A stretch of 64,000 nt of DNA, from positions 1,291,652 through 1,355,651 of the forward strand of contig RDEW01000009.1 of the NCBI GenBank assembly GCA_011109175.1, given 5' to 3'. This document shows, piece by piece, positions 25,600-39,470 of the stretch. The notes under the pieces were generated by a model. The model was given only the letters and a program-made list of their open reading frames with translations, was not told the DNA's origin and ran no database searches. Position numbers and translations under genes: made by a program. The first letter of the stretch is position 1; each line of letters begins with the position of its first letter. The stretch comes from Dicyema japonicum. Lineage: Eukaryota > Animalia > Dicyemida.

Positions 25600-25830
25600 T
25601 AGCAAACGTTAATAATCCTTCACCGAGACTTCTTGTCCGGTCTTTTCAGAGTATAATGTAGCCAGGAAGCGTGGTGGCTGACGTGGAGAGTTTAGACTCT
25701 GAATAATAACAATGTTCACTGTCAAAAGGGCCAAGAGGCAACGTAGCTTCAGCACTTTATTACGGATTCCATTGACATTGAGTTGGAAAATGACCAGCGT
25801 GGAATCAGGACCCGGGTAGGATTGATGTCT
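25600..25830 (-). mobile_element. LINE APE N-terminal fragment
   Basis: IFQLNVNGIRNK...NIVIIQ (ORF 25609-25875). Confidence 0.65.
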
Positions 25831-26399
25831 CCAGCCTGGAGTAGCAAATTGGGAACGACAAATTTGGTAGGCCACCCTTCCAAAGACGTAGAGGGGTAAA
25901 TAAATTCAAACGGTTCTTTTTTATGCAAAACTTGCACCGGGCGCCACCACAACAACAGGTGAACCGGATGCCGCCACGCTAAATAATATCTATGATTTTT
26001 CTGAAAGACCAAATAAATTTCGTAAGAAAAATAATGGATGTATCGAACGGATCCTGTTATTGGCGAAAAGGAAGTGTTCTAAACATTGTCTGAGGAATTT
26101 ATTTTCGAATGTGATCAAATATAAGAGATGAGGAGATATGTCTCAATCCCGGGAGGGTTTACTTATCTCAGAAGAAGTGCCATAAGCATTGTAAGCTTAA
26201 AGTGAACCCTCTATGTTTATTTCAGTTAAAAGCTGATGGAAAAATAAGAAGTTGAAAAAAAAGTATCGGCACTTAAGGGTCTTTGTATCGATCATTATCC
26301 TCTGACGAGATAAACACCGCTTTGTGTGAGAATAAGCTGCTGGATTGGACTCAATCCCAATATTATCATTAAGCACTAGCGAACTGCCATGATGATGAC

Positions 26400-26600
26400 A
26401 AAGCATGTGCAAATCGGGAAGCTAACAATAAAGCACATTCTCAATCTATCTTCCATGATTTCTATCGAGATTGAAGAACACTTCATCCTTTCGTACACAG
26501 TTGCGTTTGATAGTGTGGGCGTCTTCAGAACGATATCATTTGCCTCAATGCGTTCGGTGAAAAGATTCCAACTTTTTTGAGTCTGTCTATGAACAGGTCA
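26400..26600 (-). mobile_element. RTE-like LINE C-terminal fragment
   Basis: Minus-strand TLSNATVYERMKCSSISIEIMEDRLR resembles the post-RT region of the other copies. Confidence 0.45.
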
Positions 26601-27264
26601 AGGTGCTCGCGTTGTTAAGCAGCACAGGCTTGACTAACGTGTTGTAGTAGAATAGTCTCGTATTCTGCTCTTTTTACACAAGTCAGGTTTTCTTCAGTTT
26701 TCGCAATGCTACATCTCAATAAGGATATTTAAGAATGCAGATGTTAGTCAACGTGTTTACATATTATTTTTCCTGAACTTCTCTATAAGCTATTAAGAGC
26801 AAAAGAACTCCTATTGTGATCCCAAATGGATTAGGACCTTCAAGACTTCTTGAAAACTTTTCAAGTCCTCTTGATTTTAAAGTCAAGTATACAATCTCCA
26901 GTATGACGAAAGGTTACCGTAGCACTTTTGGTTGACTATCCTGAATAAAACTTGAAGATATTCAATAAAATTGGGGCATAGGTTGAGAAATGTACTCAAA
27001 ACATCTTATTTATGAATATTAGAAATTGATCCCTGTCCCCTCTTAAAGTGCACAAAAAAGACAATGGCTTTCATTCACGAAAAGAAATTGACGGCGAGTA
27101 AAGGAGAATTTTCGTGATAGCAGTTCACGTGTTTTAGTTAATTTGTAATTTTTCAGTATAATCCACTGGATAGTTTAATTTTTTTAATATTTAAATTTAT
27201 TTTTTACGATTAGTTAAAAATAAAACAATAAATATTAAACTACATACATAAATTATCGCTTCTG

Positions 27265-29045
27265 ATGATTTTATTGCTTTCTCTGATTGCTTTGACATTT
27301 GGTTCTAATAATTTCGAGCCAAAAGCTGTATATTCGTGTAAAGGAGAAATATTACTGCCCTACGTCAATATAGTGGAGCCATTTACTATAAAATACGACT
27401 CCGAAACAAACTCGTCACTTATCACCTATTATGGTATGAAAACTAACATTATCAATAGGTGTCTCACATTATATGAGTTCTCAACGATATGGCTCATTTT
27501 CAGTCGTTCCTGGATCTTCAAATGGAGTCCAACGAATGAAATGTATCAAAGGCGGGAAATTTCAGTCGGTCTTTCCTGATTTGAAGTCCTTCTCAGTAAA
27601 TGGGAATTATAACTTTAAGAAACTCCCAGGGACATACGCCTGTAAATCAGATGACGGGAGACTAAATAGAAATGGAAAGTGTTTTGTATGGAGAAAAATT
27701 GAGGATGTATTAGAGAGAAATAACACTTATCTCTTCTTCACTGATGAGCGACTGGTCCCATCAAGATATGAAATGTTTGGATATGACACTTTATTCGGAT
27801 CTCATTACGATAAATACATGATCAACTACCATGAGTATGACGATTACCCCCATAACTCTGTCGATCATAAAATAGAATCAATTATCAATAGTTGTGGATC
27901 TTTATCACTTTAGAGTTCTGTACTGTCAGAAATTGTCAAGTAAAAGATGATATGAATATTGACCTGATTTCTGAGTTTTTTGACCCGGAAAGTGCGGAAA
28001 ATGTTCACAAACTGCACTTTAATTCCTCCATCTTAAACCATAAGCCAAAATTTGAGTCAGAACTTGATTTACTTGAAGCAGAGAACAACCACAAACATTC
28101 CTTGCGGTGATCTTGTCATTACTTATTTTAAGTTTTGTGATGGCTCACAACAGAAAGGATTCCTCATTCAAATTGTCAGTCAACCACAAATCATTTGAAT
28201 CATGGAATTCGTCAAAACGACGTCCGGAATGTTTAAAACAAAATAATCCCACTTATAGAGATAGTCCTCTATATATGGGGGATATTATTGCCACTGAAAA
28301 TGTTAAGCTACCAAATGAATGGGATTGGCGGGCATATGGTTGTTGTGAGTCTCACTTTAGGTGCTGTATCTCCCGTAAAGGACCAGGCCATTTGCGGATC
28401 ATGTTGGTCGTTTAGTACTACCGGTGTAATTGAGTCACATTACTTCATCAAAACAAATAATTCCGTCTTATTTTCAGAACAACAACTTGTGGACTGTTCG
28501 TGGGGTCAAGACAACAACGGCTGCTTCGGAGGACTCGATGTGAATTCGTATGCTTATATAGACTTATATGGACTCGCATCAACTGAAGAGTATGGGTCAT
28601 ATATGGGAATGGTCCTTCTCAAATCTGATTTGTAGGACATGTCTTGTAAGAAAGGAGATTTCCGTCAACATTTTAAACTGAAGGGGTTCAAAATGGTCCC
28701 CAATAACGTAGCTTCCATAATGCATGCTCTCTATACTGTGGGACCCCTCTCGATTGGAATTGATGCCAGTCAAAGGACTTTTAATTTCTATAAATCTGGA
28801 ATTTACAATGACCCCAATTGCTGTAGATTATGATGATTATTCCAGCGTCTGAAAATTTGGACCATGCTGTGCTTTTGGTTGGATACAAGCTTACTGGGAA
28901 TAATACTGGCTATTGGATTGTGAAGAACTCGTGGAGCACAAATTGGGGCGATGACGGATTTATTAAAGTAGCCATGAATGACAATCGTTGTGGTGTCTGT
29001 ACTCAAGTGACATATCCAATCTTTGATTACTCAAGATTTGTCTAA
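27265..29045 (+). CDS. Cathepsin L-like papain protease of the 26/29-kDa proteinase type; introns 27434-27458, 27891-27913, 28107-28132, 28339-28360, 28612-28635, 28823-28845
   Basis: Signal peptide, long N-terminal extension (YSCKGEILLPYVNIVEPF), propeptide, then WDWRAYG|AVSPVKDQAICGSCWSF, LDHAVLLVGY and YWIVKNSWSTNWGDDGFI. The Cys/His/Asn triad is intact. Six GT-AG introns of 22-26 nt restore a single frame. Confidence 0.93.
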
Positions 29046-29837
29046 CGGTCAGTTTTACTTTGGTTTATTCTATCGGTCATTCTTGCTATTTGTTGATTGT
29101 TAGTATATTTAGCGATTGGGTCAGTGACCTAGTTCTGTTTCTTAATTTTGTCAGCTCTTCTTTACTGTTTGTTTCTTCAGCCATCTATATGGGGGAGCCT
29201 CCCGTGAACTTGTACGGCTGATTAAGCTATTCCATTTTATTTAGGTTTACATGCATTCCAATCTCCTATGATATTTTTTAAAGTAAATTAATTTTTCAAA
29301 AATTAAAACAATAGTTTTGTGGTGGGTACATTAATATTAAACAGTTTTAATTTTGTTAAATTGATGTCATTAAAAGTGGTCGTTATTAGCATCATAGATT
29401 CACGGTAACTACAGTAAACTCTTTCAAATATGCCACTCTTAAAATTGCCAATTCTGAAATTTGCCATTTTTATCGACTTTTTCTATTTTTCAATTCTGAA
29501 GAGACAAATCTCCCTCCAGGACTGTGCGGTGGTTCACTCACTCCTCAACCAGGTATGTGACTGGCTATCCATGAATTTGCTGTCTGTGTCTGCATCCAAG
29601 TCTTAGTTCAGCTAACTTACTACGGACAAAAGATTTAAAGGTAGACTTAAGATATTCCTCGGAAACATTCCCATCCTTTATACGCGAATCCACAAAATCC
29701 TTGGAGTGACATTCGACTCTTTTATGACGTTTTCCAGTCACACGGAGGTGTTAACCAAGGGTCTTTGAAAATGGAAAGTCTTAAAAGCCATCATAAAAAG
29801 CCCCTTCCCTCATTCTGCTTTTTTTTTATTTTTATTT

Positions 29838-30200
29838 TAATAACCCCGGGAACACCGAGAAAGAAAGACAAAAGAGTCAAACAGTTAGGTGATCCCAGTC
29901 CTCGCAATCAATTGTGCCATTCGGCATCTGTGATCTTCCATCGTCCCCACTATTTTCCGGAAGAGCCTTCTCTCGGTCTTGCAGAGGAATCCGATCGGGG
30001 AGGGGAATTTCTTATCCAATCGGTTTTCTCTTGCCGTGGAAAGGATCAGGCGAAGCGGATTTCTATCTTCCTCACAGACGCGAAGAAATCCGGAGCCACG
30101 ACTACGGATCTTAGCATTCTGCTTGTATCAGCAAATATCTTAAAGTCATTGTGCCGACGATTGAATATGCCTGTTCTGCTTAGACCATTTATAATTAGTC
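29838..30200 (-). mobile_element. LINE 3' end (RTE-like) with the shared terminal motif
   Basis: Ends ...gggatcacctaactg...tttctcggtgttcccggggttattaaaa, the same tail family as at 44250 and 59690. Confidence 0.55.
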
Positions 30201-30272
30201 ACATTTTATTATTTGTTTCATCTTAATAATAAAATATTTTAAATAGATAATTAAAAGTATTTATCCTTGTGA

Positions 30273-32821
30273 ATGTCTAAACGAAAGAATTTTGTTGACA
30301 TAAAAGAAGATAAGAGTAGCAAGAAACGAAAGGATAATGAGACGACAAACATATTCTCAGGACATTGTGATTCTTATATTAATTTTTAGTAAATAAACAA
30401 GAATCAGAAGATGAGCAGAGTGACCAATTTGCCCTTCTTCCTAAAGCTGCCTCGAAAAGGATCAAAGAAGTCTTAAACACTAACAAGTTTGGTGCCAACG
30501 ACTTTACTGAACAACTAAAGCTGAAAGACGACATCACTCAGTGTCCCCTCTGGGTGACCCCCAATGGACACATATTCCTTGAAGCCTTCTCTCCAATTTG
30601 GCAGCACGCACAGGATTTCCTAATAGCAATCGCAGAAGTACCCATGTTCTTAAATCTTAGCCCGTGTCCCGCCCTGAGTTCATCCACGAATACAGGATGA
30701 CTGCCTACTCTCTTTATGCTGCCGTTTCCGTTGGCTTTGACACTAACCACATTATTGAGAGTCTGACCCGCCTTTCCAAGACATCAATCCCCGATTCTGT
30801 GCTTTCCTTCATCGAATCTTGCACACTCAGTTACGGGAAGGTCATGTTGGTCCTCAAATACAACTGCTACTACCTGGAAACCAAATTGAGGGATGTTTAC
30901 AACACACTCATAGCTGATTCTCTTTTGTCCTCATGTTTTGTGAAGGAACAGACTAAACTTCCTCCTCCTTCTGAACGGTGGTCATTTCTATAACTTTAGA
31001 GTCGATGACAAAGCCATGTACGAAGATGATGTACTCAATGTTGAGGATGACTCCATTTACTCTCTCCATGTGCAACAAGACAAGATTGAACTAGTTCAGA
31101 AACGCTGCAATGAATTGGAGTATCCCCTTCTGAGTGAGTATGACTACAAGAACGACTCCACAATCCCCAATACTCCGTAATATAGTGTTCTTACTTAGAA
31201 TTCGTTTGAAGCCATCGACTTTGCTGAGACCTTACCAGGAGAAGAGTCTGAGGAAGACATTCTGTAATGGGAGAGCTCGGTCTGGATTGATAGTGCTACC
31301 CTGTGGGGCTGGTAAATCCCTGGTGGGAGTCACGGCCGCTTGTACAATCAGAAAACGCTGTATAATCCTCTGTACCTCCAACGTGTCTGTAGAACAGTGG
31401 AGATCTCAGGTACTCTCTTTAATTAGTCCAGTTTCGCTTGTGGACCGACATTTCTGACAAGCACATCTTTAAGTTCACGTCTTCTACCAAACAGCAGCCT
31501 GATGGTTGGTTGAGTGGTTATGGTAGATAAACACTTTGTGTGTATTAGCACGTATAATATGATCTCCCATACAAAAAATCGGTCTTTTGAGTCAGAAATG
31601 GTGATGCAGTGGGTCAAGGAAAGAGAGTGGGGGCTTCTGATTCTCGATGGTAGTTGTTTGAGTAATAGAAGAGGTCCACACCATTCCTGCTAGGATATTC
31701 CGTCAGGTCTTAACGATACTGAGGGTTCATTGCAAGATTGGGTTGACAGCCACTTTAGTTAGGGAAGACGATAAGATCACTGACCTTAACTTTCTGATAG
31801 GGCCAAAATTATACGAGGCTAATTGGTTGGACCTCCAAAAGTCAGGATATATCGCACGTGTGAAATGTGCTGAGGTATTTTTATGTAAAACCCAGGTGTG
31901 GTGCCCAATGACTCCAGAATTCTTCCAGGAGTACATAAACAGCCCTAAACAGGCCAAGAAAATGGTAAGGATTGTGTTTGAAACAGTTATTATATGTGAT
32001 GAACCCCAATAAGTTCAGGGCCTGTCAGTTTCTGATAGACTACCATGAGAAACGGAATGATAAGATTATCGTGTTCTCAGACTCGATTATGGCTTTGATG
32101 CACTACGCCGTTAAGCTAAAAAGTAAGGAATTTGGTAATTTGGGCATTATTTGTACGGACCTACGTCTCAAGAGGAACGGTTCTCCATTCTGCATAGATT
32201 CCAGACGAGTCCCACGGTTAACACGATATTTGTGTCAAAGGTTGTGTTGTTCACTAACCCAGGTGGCGGATACCTCTTTCGACTTGCCGGACGCTAATGT
32301 GCTGATTCAGATCTCTAGTCATGGGGGGTCTCGAAGGCAGGAGGCTCAGCGCTTGGGGAGAATTCTGAGACCCAAGAAAGGCTGGCATTGGTGATTTATT
32401 GTAGGCATTGTTGGGGATGAGTACAACGCTTTCTTTTACTCTCTAATATCCCAGGACACTACTGAGAGTAAGTATGCTGCCAAACGACACGCCTTTTTGG
32501 TTAACCAGGGATACTGCTATAATGTGATTAAGACTCTCCCTGGATTGGAAGATGCTCCACTGTTTTATTCCACCAAGAATGAACAAGCTGTACTTCTGCA
32601 GGAGGTTTTGAAACAGTGTGAGAAGGGAGTATTGGAGGAAGAGATTGAGGAATTGAAGAAGTCTGAGGTATCGACGGTGGGTGTGAGGAATATATTTGTA
32701 GACTGGGAGTCGTTCTATGTCTATGCTGTCGGGTGCACATGGATTAGTATATGCTGATACTACTAAACGACCATCCCCTGCCAAAAGAGTACATCATCTT
32801 TTTAAAAAGTACAAAAGATAA
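30273..32821 (+). CDS. ERCC3: TFIIH XPB helicase; 13 introns (30367-389, 30638-660, 30978-999, 31177-198, 31410-431, 31505-526, 31650-671, 31875-895, 31965-986, 32123-142, 32241-262, 32381-404, and a last one ending at 32701)
   Basis: The spliced product contains [47 protein letters not shown] (Walker A), LILD|[54 protein letters not shown] and a C-terminal HHLFKKYKR*. The last donor is ambiguous (32677 or 32683). Confidence 0.97.
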
Positions 32822-33273
32822 ATTTTATTGTTATTTTTATAATAAAAACTTTTTTGACTATTCTCTGATTATAATACTAAATGACGTGGGGTTAGTCTTG
32901 TCTTCACATTGCATTTACTTGTGGGTCCGATTCCCACACCGCTTTTTTACTTGGTTGAAAGATTTCCCTTGTGTTCTACGATTTCTTTAGGCATCATTAA
33001 ATCCACTTAACTCAGGAAACGCCCAATGCCTGGCCGGTATTTAAATGGATCCTTTTTTTTCCTACTAGGGATTTCCTCAATGGTAGATACTTCTATCAAA
33101 AATAATTCTGGTCAGAAGGGGAAATTTTCTTGAAAGATGACAGGAAAAACTTACTTCAGTAACGATTTATTTTATTTATTTAATTTATTAAAGAGGATAA
33201 AAGTTATCGTCTAATTAAGTGATCCTAGTGTCCATACCAGTTTTTTTCTGCGGTTAGTTTTTGGAGTCCTGGA

Positions 33274-33805
33274 TTAATCTGCACAGCGGGGAAGGTTCTT
33301 CTCATATCTCAGGCAGACGTCCATAAATAGTTTGATGTGAGGCCCGAAGAGATGGTCAGGGAACTTTGCCATCTTGAGGACCTTAATGGGGGAATCATAC
33401 AACTCCATGATTGAAAGGGTCTTCTTAATGGGGAGCGGGGAATCATACAATTTATTTCTGGTGACCGTATTTCTTTTTGTGGTGAGGTAAACGTCGTTAC
33501 ATGTGACTTTCCTGGTGATATATTTAGATGGTTCATCAAGACCCATCAGGTTTAATATCTCTTGCACGGACGTGTCGCTTCCTCGACTCTTAGATGTTTC
33601 ACTGCAACCAAGAATTGCTGGTTTGTTTTTCTTCAGGATAGGCTGCATCTTCAGATAGGTCTTTCATATTGACGGGATTTTGTTCTCGTTTATTGAGAGA
33701 TTGAAATTTTTTGTTATTACCCAGGTTTTCAGTTCGAGAATGGAAGATGTTATCTGAACCGCGGGACGACGAGTTATTCATTTTCCTGTTTATTGAATGC
33801 ACCAT
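33274..33805 (-). other. Two overlapping ORFs (probably one frameshifted ORF) of unknown nature upstream of a LINE-type tail
   Basis: ORFs 33599-33805 and 33274-33648 share an SRGSD motif, and the second has an internal LYDSP repeat. No family recognised. Confidence 0.3.
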
Positions 33806-33829
33806 TGGAGGGTCGAAGAAAGTCCTGTT

Positions 33830-34048
33830 TTTATTATTAACCCAGGCTTACCATTGTAAGCCCAGCACAAACAGTCATAACTAACTAATCCAAGGAAGGA
33901 ACCAAAGGGAGAACATCTGCTTGTGTCGACCAAATCATATTCCGATATTTCATTACAGGCTTACGCCTGCGAAGAGAGGTGGAGTAGTAGGCCTTCTTCC
34001 ATTTTTGTCCCACGTCCTACCGTCGGGGACATCACTTCATTCTGTAGC
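33830..34048 (-). mobile_element. LINE 3' end, inverted copy of 16978-17200
   Basis: Reverse-complement alignment over ~215 bp. Confidence 0.75.
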
Positions 34049-34260
34049 GAAATAGTTTCATAATGCAATCTTAATCGGAAGAAAGTCATGTTGGGACATT
34101 TATCCCTTTGACCGTGGCCTAAACGAACAACCAGGTCTTTTGAATGTGGTATAAACTAATATTCACATAGTACTTCATAATGTCATTGGGATTTGCACAT
34201 GACTCTCGATGTCCAATTAAAAGTGGAGAGCACTTCTTGAGCCTCCTTATCGATTTCCAT

Positions 34261-34635
34261 CGTGTCCATTCAAAATGGCCTCCAATTATATTTACCAAGT
34301 CCTCGACATTTTTAGGTAAAAAAGTCATCTTTTTTAAATCTTATAAAAATTTATTTAGATGGCTATGTAGAACATTTACCAAGGTCCTCGACATCTTTAG
34401 GTAAAAAGGTCATCTTTTTTAAATCTTATAAAAATTGATTTTAACGGGTTCTAGGGTAAGTGTACATTTACCAAGGTCCTCGACATCTTTAAGTAAAAAA
34501 GTCATCTTTTTTAAATCTTATAAAAATTGATTTAATGGCTATGTAGAACATTTTAACAATATCTCGTTATGTTTAATGATGAACTTGTCTAAAACTTGAA
34601 AAAAATAATTGGAAGCCATTTTGAATTGGACAGCG
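34261..34635. mobile_element. Short derivative of the foldback family
   Basis: Starts CGTGTCCATTCAAAATGGCC, ends GCCATTTTGAATTGGACAGCG, and has three same-orientation copies of the subrepeat. Confidence 0.8.
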
Positions 34636-35559
34636 GAGGATGTATTATTCGTAGCTTTTCGCTAATTTCACTATTATTTTCAAATTTCCCATACAGAAGA
34701 TTCAACTACTTCAACGACGCTAATTTCTCTCCTCTCGTAGCTTCTCGTAGCTTACTCAACGTGACAGTAAATCAAATCTATGACAATACCGTAAATAGTG
34801 AAACATCATTTGTAAACCAAAATTCTCTACGTGATTAATAATAATCAATTCGAAACTAATAAGTACATCGAATGTCACTACATTTACTTAACGAGAATCA
34901 CCAATATAGGAAAAGTATTAGGTGATCCCTGACTTTCTTTTTAACATCCTTATCATGCACTTGTAGATGTACTTGATATGAATTGTGCCATTTTACCTGA
35001 AAAGACGTCAAAAGTGTGTGGTCCCTTCACAGGTGTCGATCTTGGTTGTATTCATTGTTACCCTATGATGGCGATTATCATGATGGTTTGTCCGATACCT
35101 AAATGGGGCACCAAGTTTACCAAACTGCGGGGATGCCCGAAAAACAGGGGTTTATTATTATTTCTGAAATTGAATCAATAATTAACATCAAACAACATTT
35201 TTTGCCAAAATAATCAGTTATTTTAAATTTAGTTTTAGAGTTTTGTCGTATATTATTTGTTTATTTTAGCCGGAAATTAAGAAGTCTCACAGCATTTTTG
35301 GTACCACATGTGAAATTTTTTTACCAAATTGTTTAGCAGATCCATGTTTCTACCAAATTGTTTAGCAGACGGCACTTTCAATATTCTCCGTTTCTGAATA
35401 TCTACTATAGATATTATTTTTAAAAAAGCACAGAAAATGGAGGATAATTTATATAAGTTATATCAAATTACTCTGTGGAGATAAAATAATAGGTTAATAA
35501 ATTCATAACATGACCTATTTTTATGCAGCATGAGTAGAACCATTTATTTCACTCGTGCA

Positions 35560-35900
35560 GCATTCGAAACAATCTTCTGAACCAACCTCTTTCAACCTCC
35601 TTGATCATATAGAGTTTCCTCAAATCGTCCAGATCGTCTCCATTTCTTAGACTTTTGTTCACAAGCATTAAATCTCGATCAATTGTTTCTTTAGTGTAAC
35701 ACGCAGACGTCCACATAAACACGTTTTCTTACTCATGAAGTATTCTGTATTGATATTTTAGCTGGATCATCTAAGTCCATTCGGACCCGTACAACATATT
35801 TTATATATCGATTATTTGTTTATTCTTGTTGGCCAGTTCAGTCGTAGAAAGGATCTAAGTTGTCTTTGGTGGAAAGAATCTTTACAAGTAGTTCGGTTTT
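35560..35900 (-). mobile_element. RTE-like LINE C-terminal fragment
   Basis: GRLRVTLKETIDRDLMLVNKSLRNGDDLDDLRKL matches the C-termini of the 21060-21443 and 24182 ORFs. Confidence 0.65.
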
Positions 35901-38900
35901 GGACGTCCCCCAGGTCGATGAAAAAATTTGACCTATTTAACTTAAAAAGGTCATTTTTTCATTTGACCTATTTAACTTTTCATTAAAACTAAATATCAAT
36001 TATTATTAATTCTCATCGAGAAAAAATGGCCCGATTATTGAGAGATGCCGGGATCACCTGAATATTAGTTATTGGTTAAGACGGTGTTTCTTTGGCTTAA
36101 ATGATAATAATAATAATCTCACTTCATTCATCATTGACGTGGGTTAGGGATTTCCAGCAATTTCTATGGAATTGTATTCCTAATCTTGACCTATAATTCC
36201 ATAACGGTTTTCCAAATATCAAGTGATCAACTTCAGTCTTTAAAAATTATTAATTTAGAAGATAATTAAGATGAAAGTAAAAAAATATCTATAAAATAAA
36301 TATTAAAAAAATGGTTAATTTTAATGTTTTTAGGTGGTTAACCAATTTAACAATAATACATCAGCTATTGATATATATATTTAGTAAGTATTCTGTCGTA
36401 TTTTTGTTATTGAATTTAATCTGGCTGTTATCAAAATGATCGACGCTCAATTATTTTGGTATCTTCTAATCAAGCTGTATTTCTTCAATAACGAGAATTC
36501 TACGATTTAATATATTCACATACGAGTTACTGACTTCATTATCGAAATTCTTATACAACAATCCAATATATTTATATCATTCCCTGAAACACCATATTGC
36601 GGACATCATTGTTATAATAGAATGTTGATTGTTTTTCCTTATATTAACAGAAAGTCTAAAATTGCTAATTCTATTGGCTTTAATTATATGAATTCAACTC
36701 ACATCAGAAAAATTTGTGATTGACCCGAAATGTTGCGATTTCAAGTAAAATGTTTGGAGAATATGATTATTATTCGATTTGTTTTTTAAGTATGTTACCG
36801 ATAAAAATTTCAATCTCGAACCTATCATCAGATCCTTTAGGAGATCGACGGGAGAAGACCATCTTTTTTGTATTAAAATGCAGCTAATTCATATTCAGTG
36901 TTTGAGTCAGTAACTTGATTCTACAATAGTCATGTTCCTTTTCATTTCCATCGTATGTAATCCATCCAAGCAGTATGATGTTACCTCCAATGGACGAGCT
37001 ACGTACAAAGATACTAATTTACTGCCTGAGAACTTAAATTAGAGTTAATTGTTGACTTGTTATTATCGAATTTTTAAATAATATTAATTTATTAAATATC
37101 TTTTAGTTCTAGTGCTCTAAGAAATAACTAGATGTCTTCAACATTGATTTAACTTTTTAGAATTGAGAGACATGGTAACAGGTGACTAGTGCTTAGAATT
37201 CTTAACATAGTTTTAAATATGTCAAATTAAGAATTAATTAAGATAATATTTTATTATCTTGGGATAATAATATAATTTTTGAATGTCGTTCATAAGTTAT
37301 GGATGGGTTACGAAAGCTATTTTATTGAATAAGGGACAATATCGATACCATTATCGTAGAGTTTAAAGCTATAAGTTATGTATTTTCATCAATTTTGCTG
37401 AAAAACATCAAGGGATATGTGCGTGTGATTTGACATCACCACAGTGTAGGATCATTCAATAGGAAGAGGAGAGTTAGTCTTTTGTGGTTATGTAAGCAAA
37501 AAATCTACACTTACCGATAAAAGTGACAACATTAAAAGAACGACCTAAATATTCTTACTCTATATATTTAGGAATCATCATGAACTACTGCATGGAATAC
37601 CGCTACATCTATAATCCGACACAGTTGATATGATCTCAGGTCGACTTTCATTTTAAATTGAAACTGTTTATTTGTAGAACTTTTTTCAGCAGTGATTCTC
37701 AAATTTTTATTATTTACCTTTTTTGAGGTAATTGCACTATAAAATCGATATTTGTATATCAAGGACACTTAAGGGAGCTTTGCGCAAGTTGCTTGAATAT
37801 AATTAGAATATTGTATCCACAACCAACTGTCTAAATACTCTTTTTCAATTTTAGCTACAATGTCTCCCCTATGCTCATCTTATAAAGAAAACGTGGAGTT
37901 TAATATATTATCTCCAATTCTCATATTTCTTACCCATCCCCACAGTCTTCAAATGCTCATGGAAGTGATACCCACCATACTTATTTCCACTGATGACTTG
38001 TAAAGTCAAATAGGTATTGAGAACTGTAGATTGTAGACAGTAGCTGTAAGAAAAAATACCTGAATCACAATAAAGGCGAACCATAAATCACAAAGGATTC
38101 AAACCTTAATTGTTAGACATTTAACTATACACACGAGAAAATATATACGTGTAGTTGTACATATCGATAGCTCAGACCAGGACATGTTAAGTTTTATACT
38201 GAGAGACTCCACTGTGAAACAGATCCTCATCTGTGATCAGAGCATTTGGGAATCACAAGGTTCGAAAAGAAGGGGGTCAAGTTAATATGCAGTATCTAAG
38301 TCAACTCCTCTTAGGACTTAAACTACCAATTCGAATAAAGAGAGTGTTACATTAGAGATCTCCAACAAAAAAATAAGTCTCTGAGGTACGCTTGAATCTG
38401 TTTGTCACATTCTAAAATGGATGCAAGCGCATCTCTAAACGTCATAAATGAAACTACATCACATCATCTGAAGACGGATTCAGTGTGTCGATAGAGATCT
38501 GAGGATGGAAAGCAACCATTAGTAACTGCGAAGACCTTAATGATCTGAAGAGTCTAGAGTCGAAGATGTAAAGCAAGTACGAAAAATTCATTTTCCTATT
38601 GAGTCTTCCAACTCTGGGAACTCCCACATATCCATTGCCGTTTCTGAGGAGAATTAAAGAATCATTAAACACGATATTTTACTCATTGACACCTCACAGA
38701 TTGCACTGATTTCCATTTCACATAAAACTGAGTAAATTTCATTCAATGAAGTACCTTAAAGTCGTACAAGCCTAATAAATCATTGGTAAGATCACCACTT
38801 ACCAATAAAATTGAAAGTTAACTATAATATCTTGGAATTAGTACTTGTGGCTACTAAATACAGCTTCTCAAGGATTTAGTACCTGTGGCTGTTTCTAGTG

Positions 38901-39199
38901 ACGTTATTAGATCCACCTTACTCAGGGACGTCCAATCCCTTATCGGCATTCAAAAAGATCTACCATTTTATTCCACCAGGTGACTGTTTAGCTTTTTGCT
39001 AGTAGGACTGGTTTTGACCTACCTAGATGAGGCTCTGCTGGACCGCGTCAGGATCACACTATTAGTTAGTTTAATTTTACCCTTTGTCTGGAAAAATTTC
39101 ATTTATTAATGGTATACGAACATTTAACAATACAAGTTCTTGTCAGTCAAGTATTGCCTTAAGTATGTTAATTAATTAATTTGACATACTCTATTTTTT

Positions 39200-39470
39200 T
39201 TATTTTTTTTACAAAAAATTTTTTTAACAATTAAACAAATGTCAGTTGAGGAAGCCTGTTGCGTGGATTGCGAACGAGTTCCCTCGGAGTATGGCTATTC
39301 AATCTTTTGTCTTAGCCATAACCATTCTCGTTGATCCTTTTCTTTCTGGCAACAGCAATCCTCCGAGTTCTCGCAAGAACTCAGCCGTCATTGACCAACG
39401 GCTCGCGATGATTCGGTCGCAACAGGAGTAAATCGGTAGCGATCCCCGATACTTCATTGTAATAAATAAT
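39200..39470 (-). mobile_element. CRE-like non-LTR 3' end
   Basis: EFLRELGG...WLRQKIE*AILRGNSFAI. A homologous copy lies on the + strand at 56310-56450. Confidence 0.65.

Noticed and set aside
29765-32784. Antisense or alternate-frame ORFs over XPB, Orai, CD2BP2 and LINE copies
   Set aside because: They are shadows of real coding sequence with no independent motifs.
36380-37000. Possible leucine-rich-repeat gene (FLYNNPI, PKCCD)
   Set aside because: I could not build a continuous spliced frame, and the motifs are too short.
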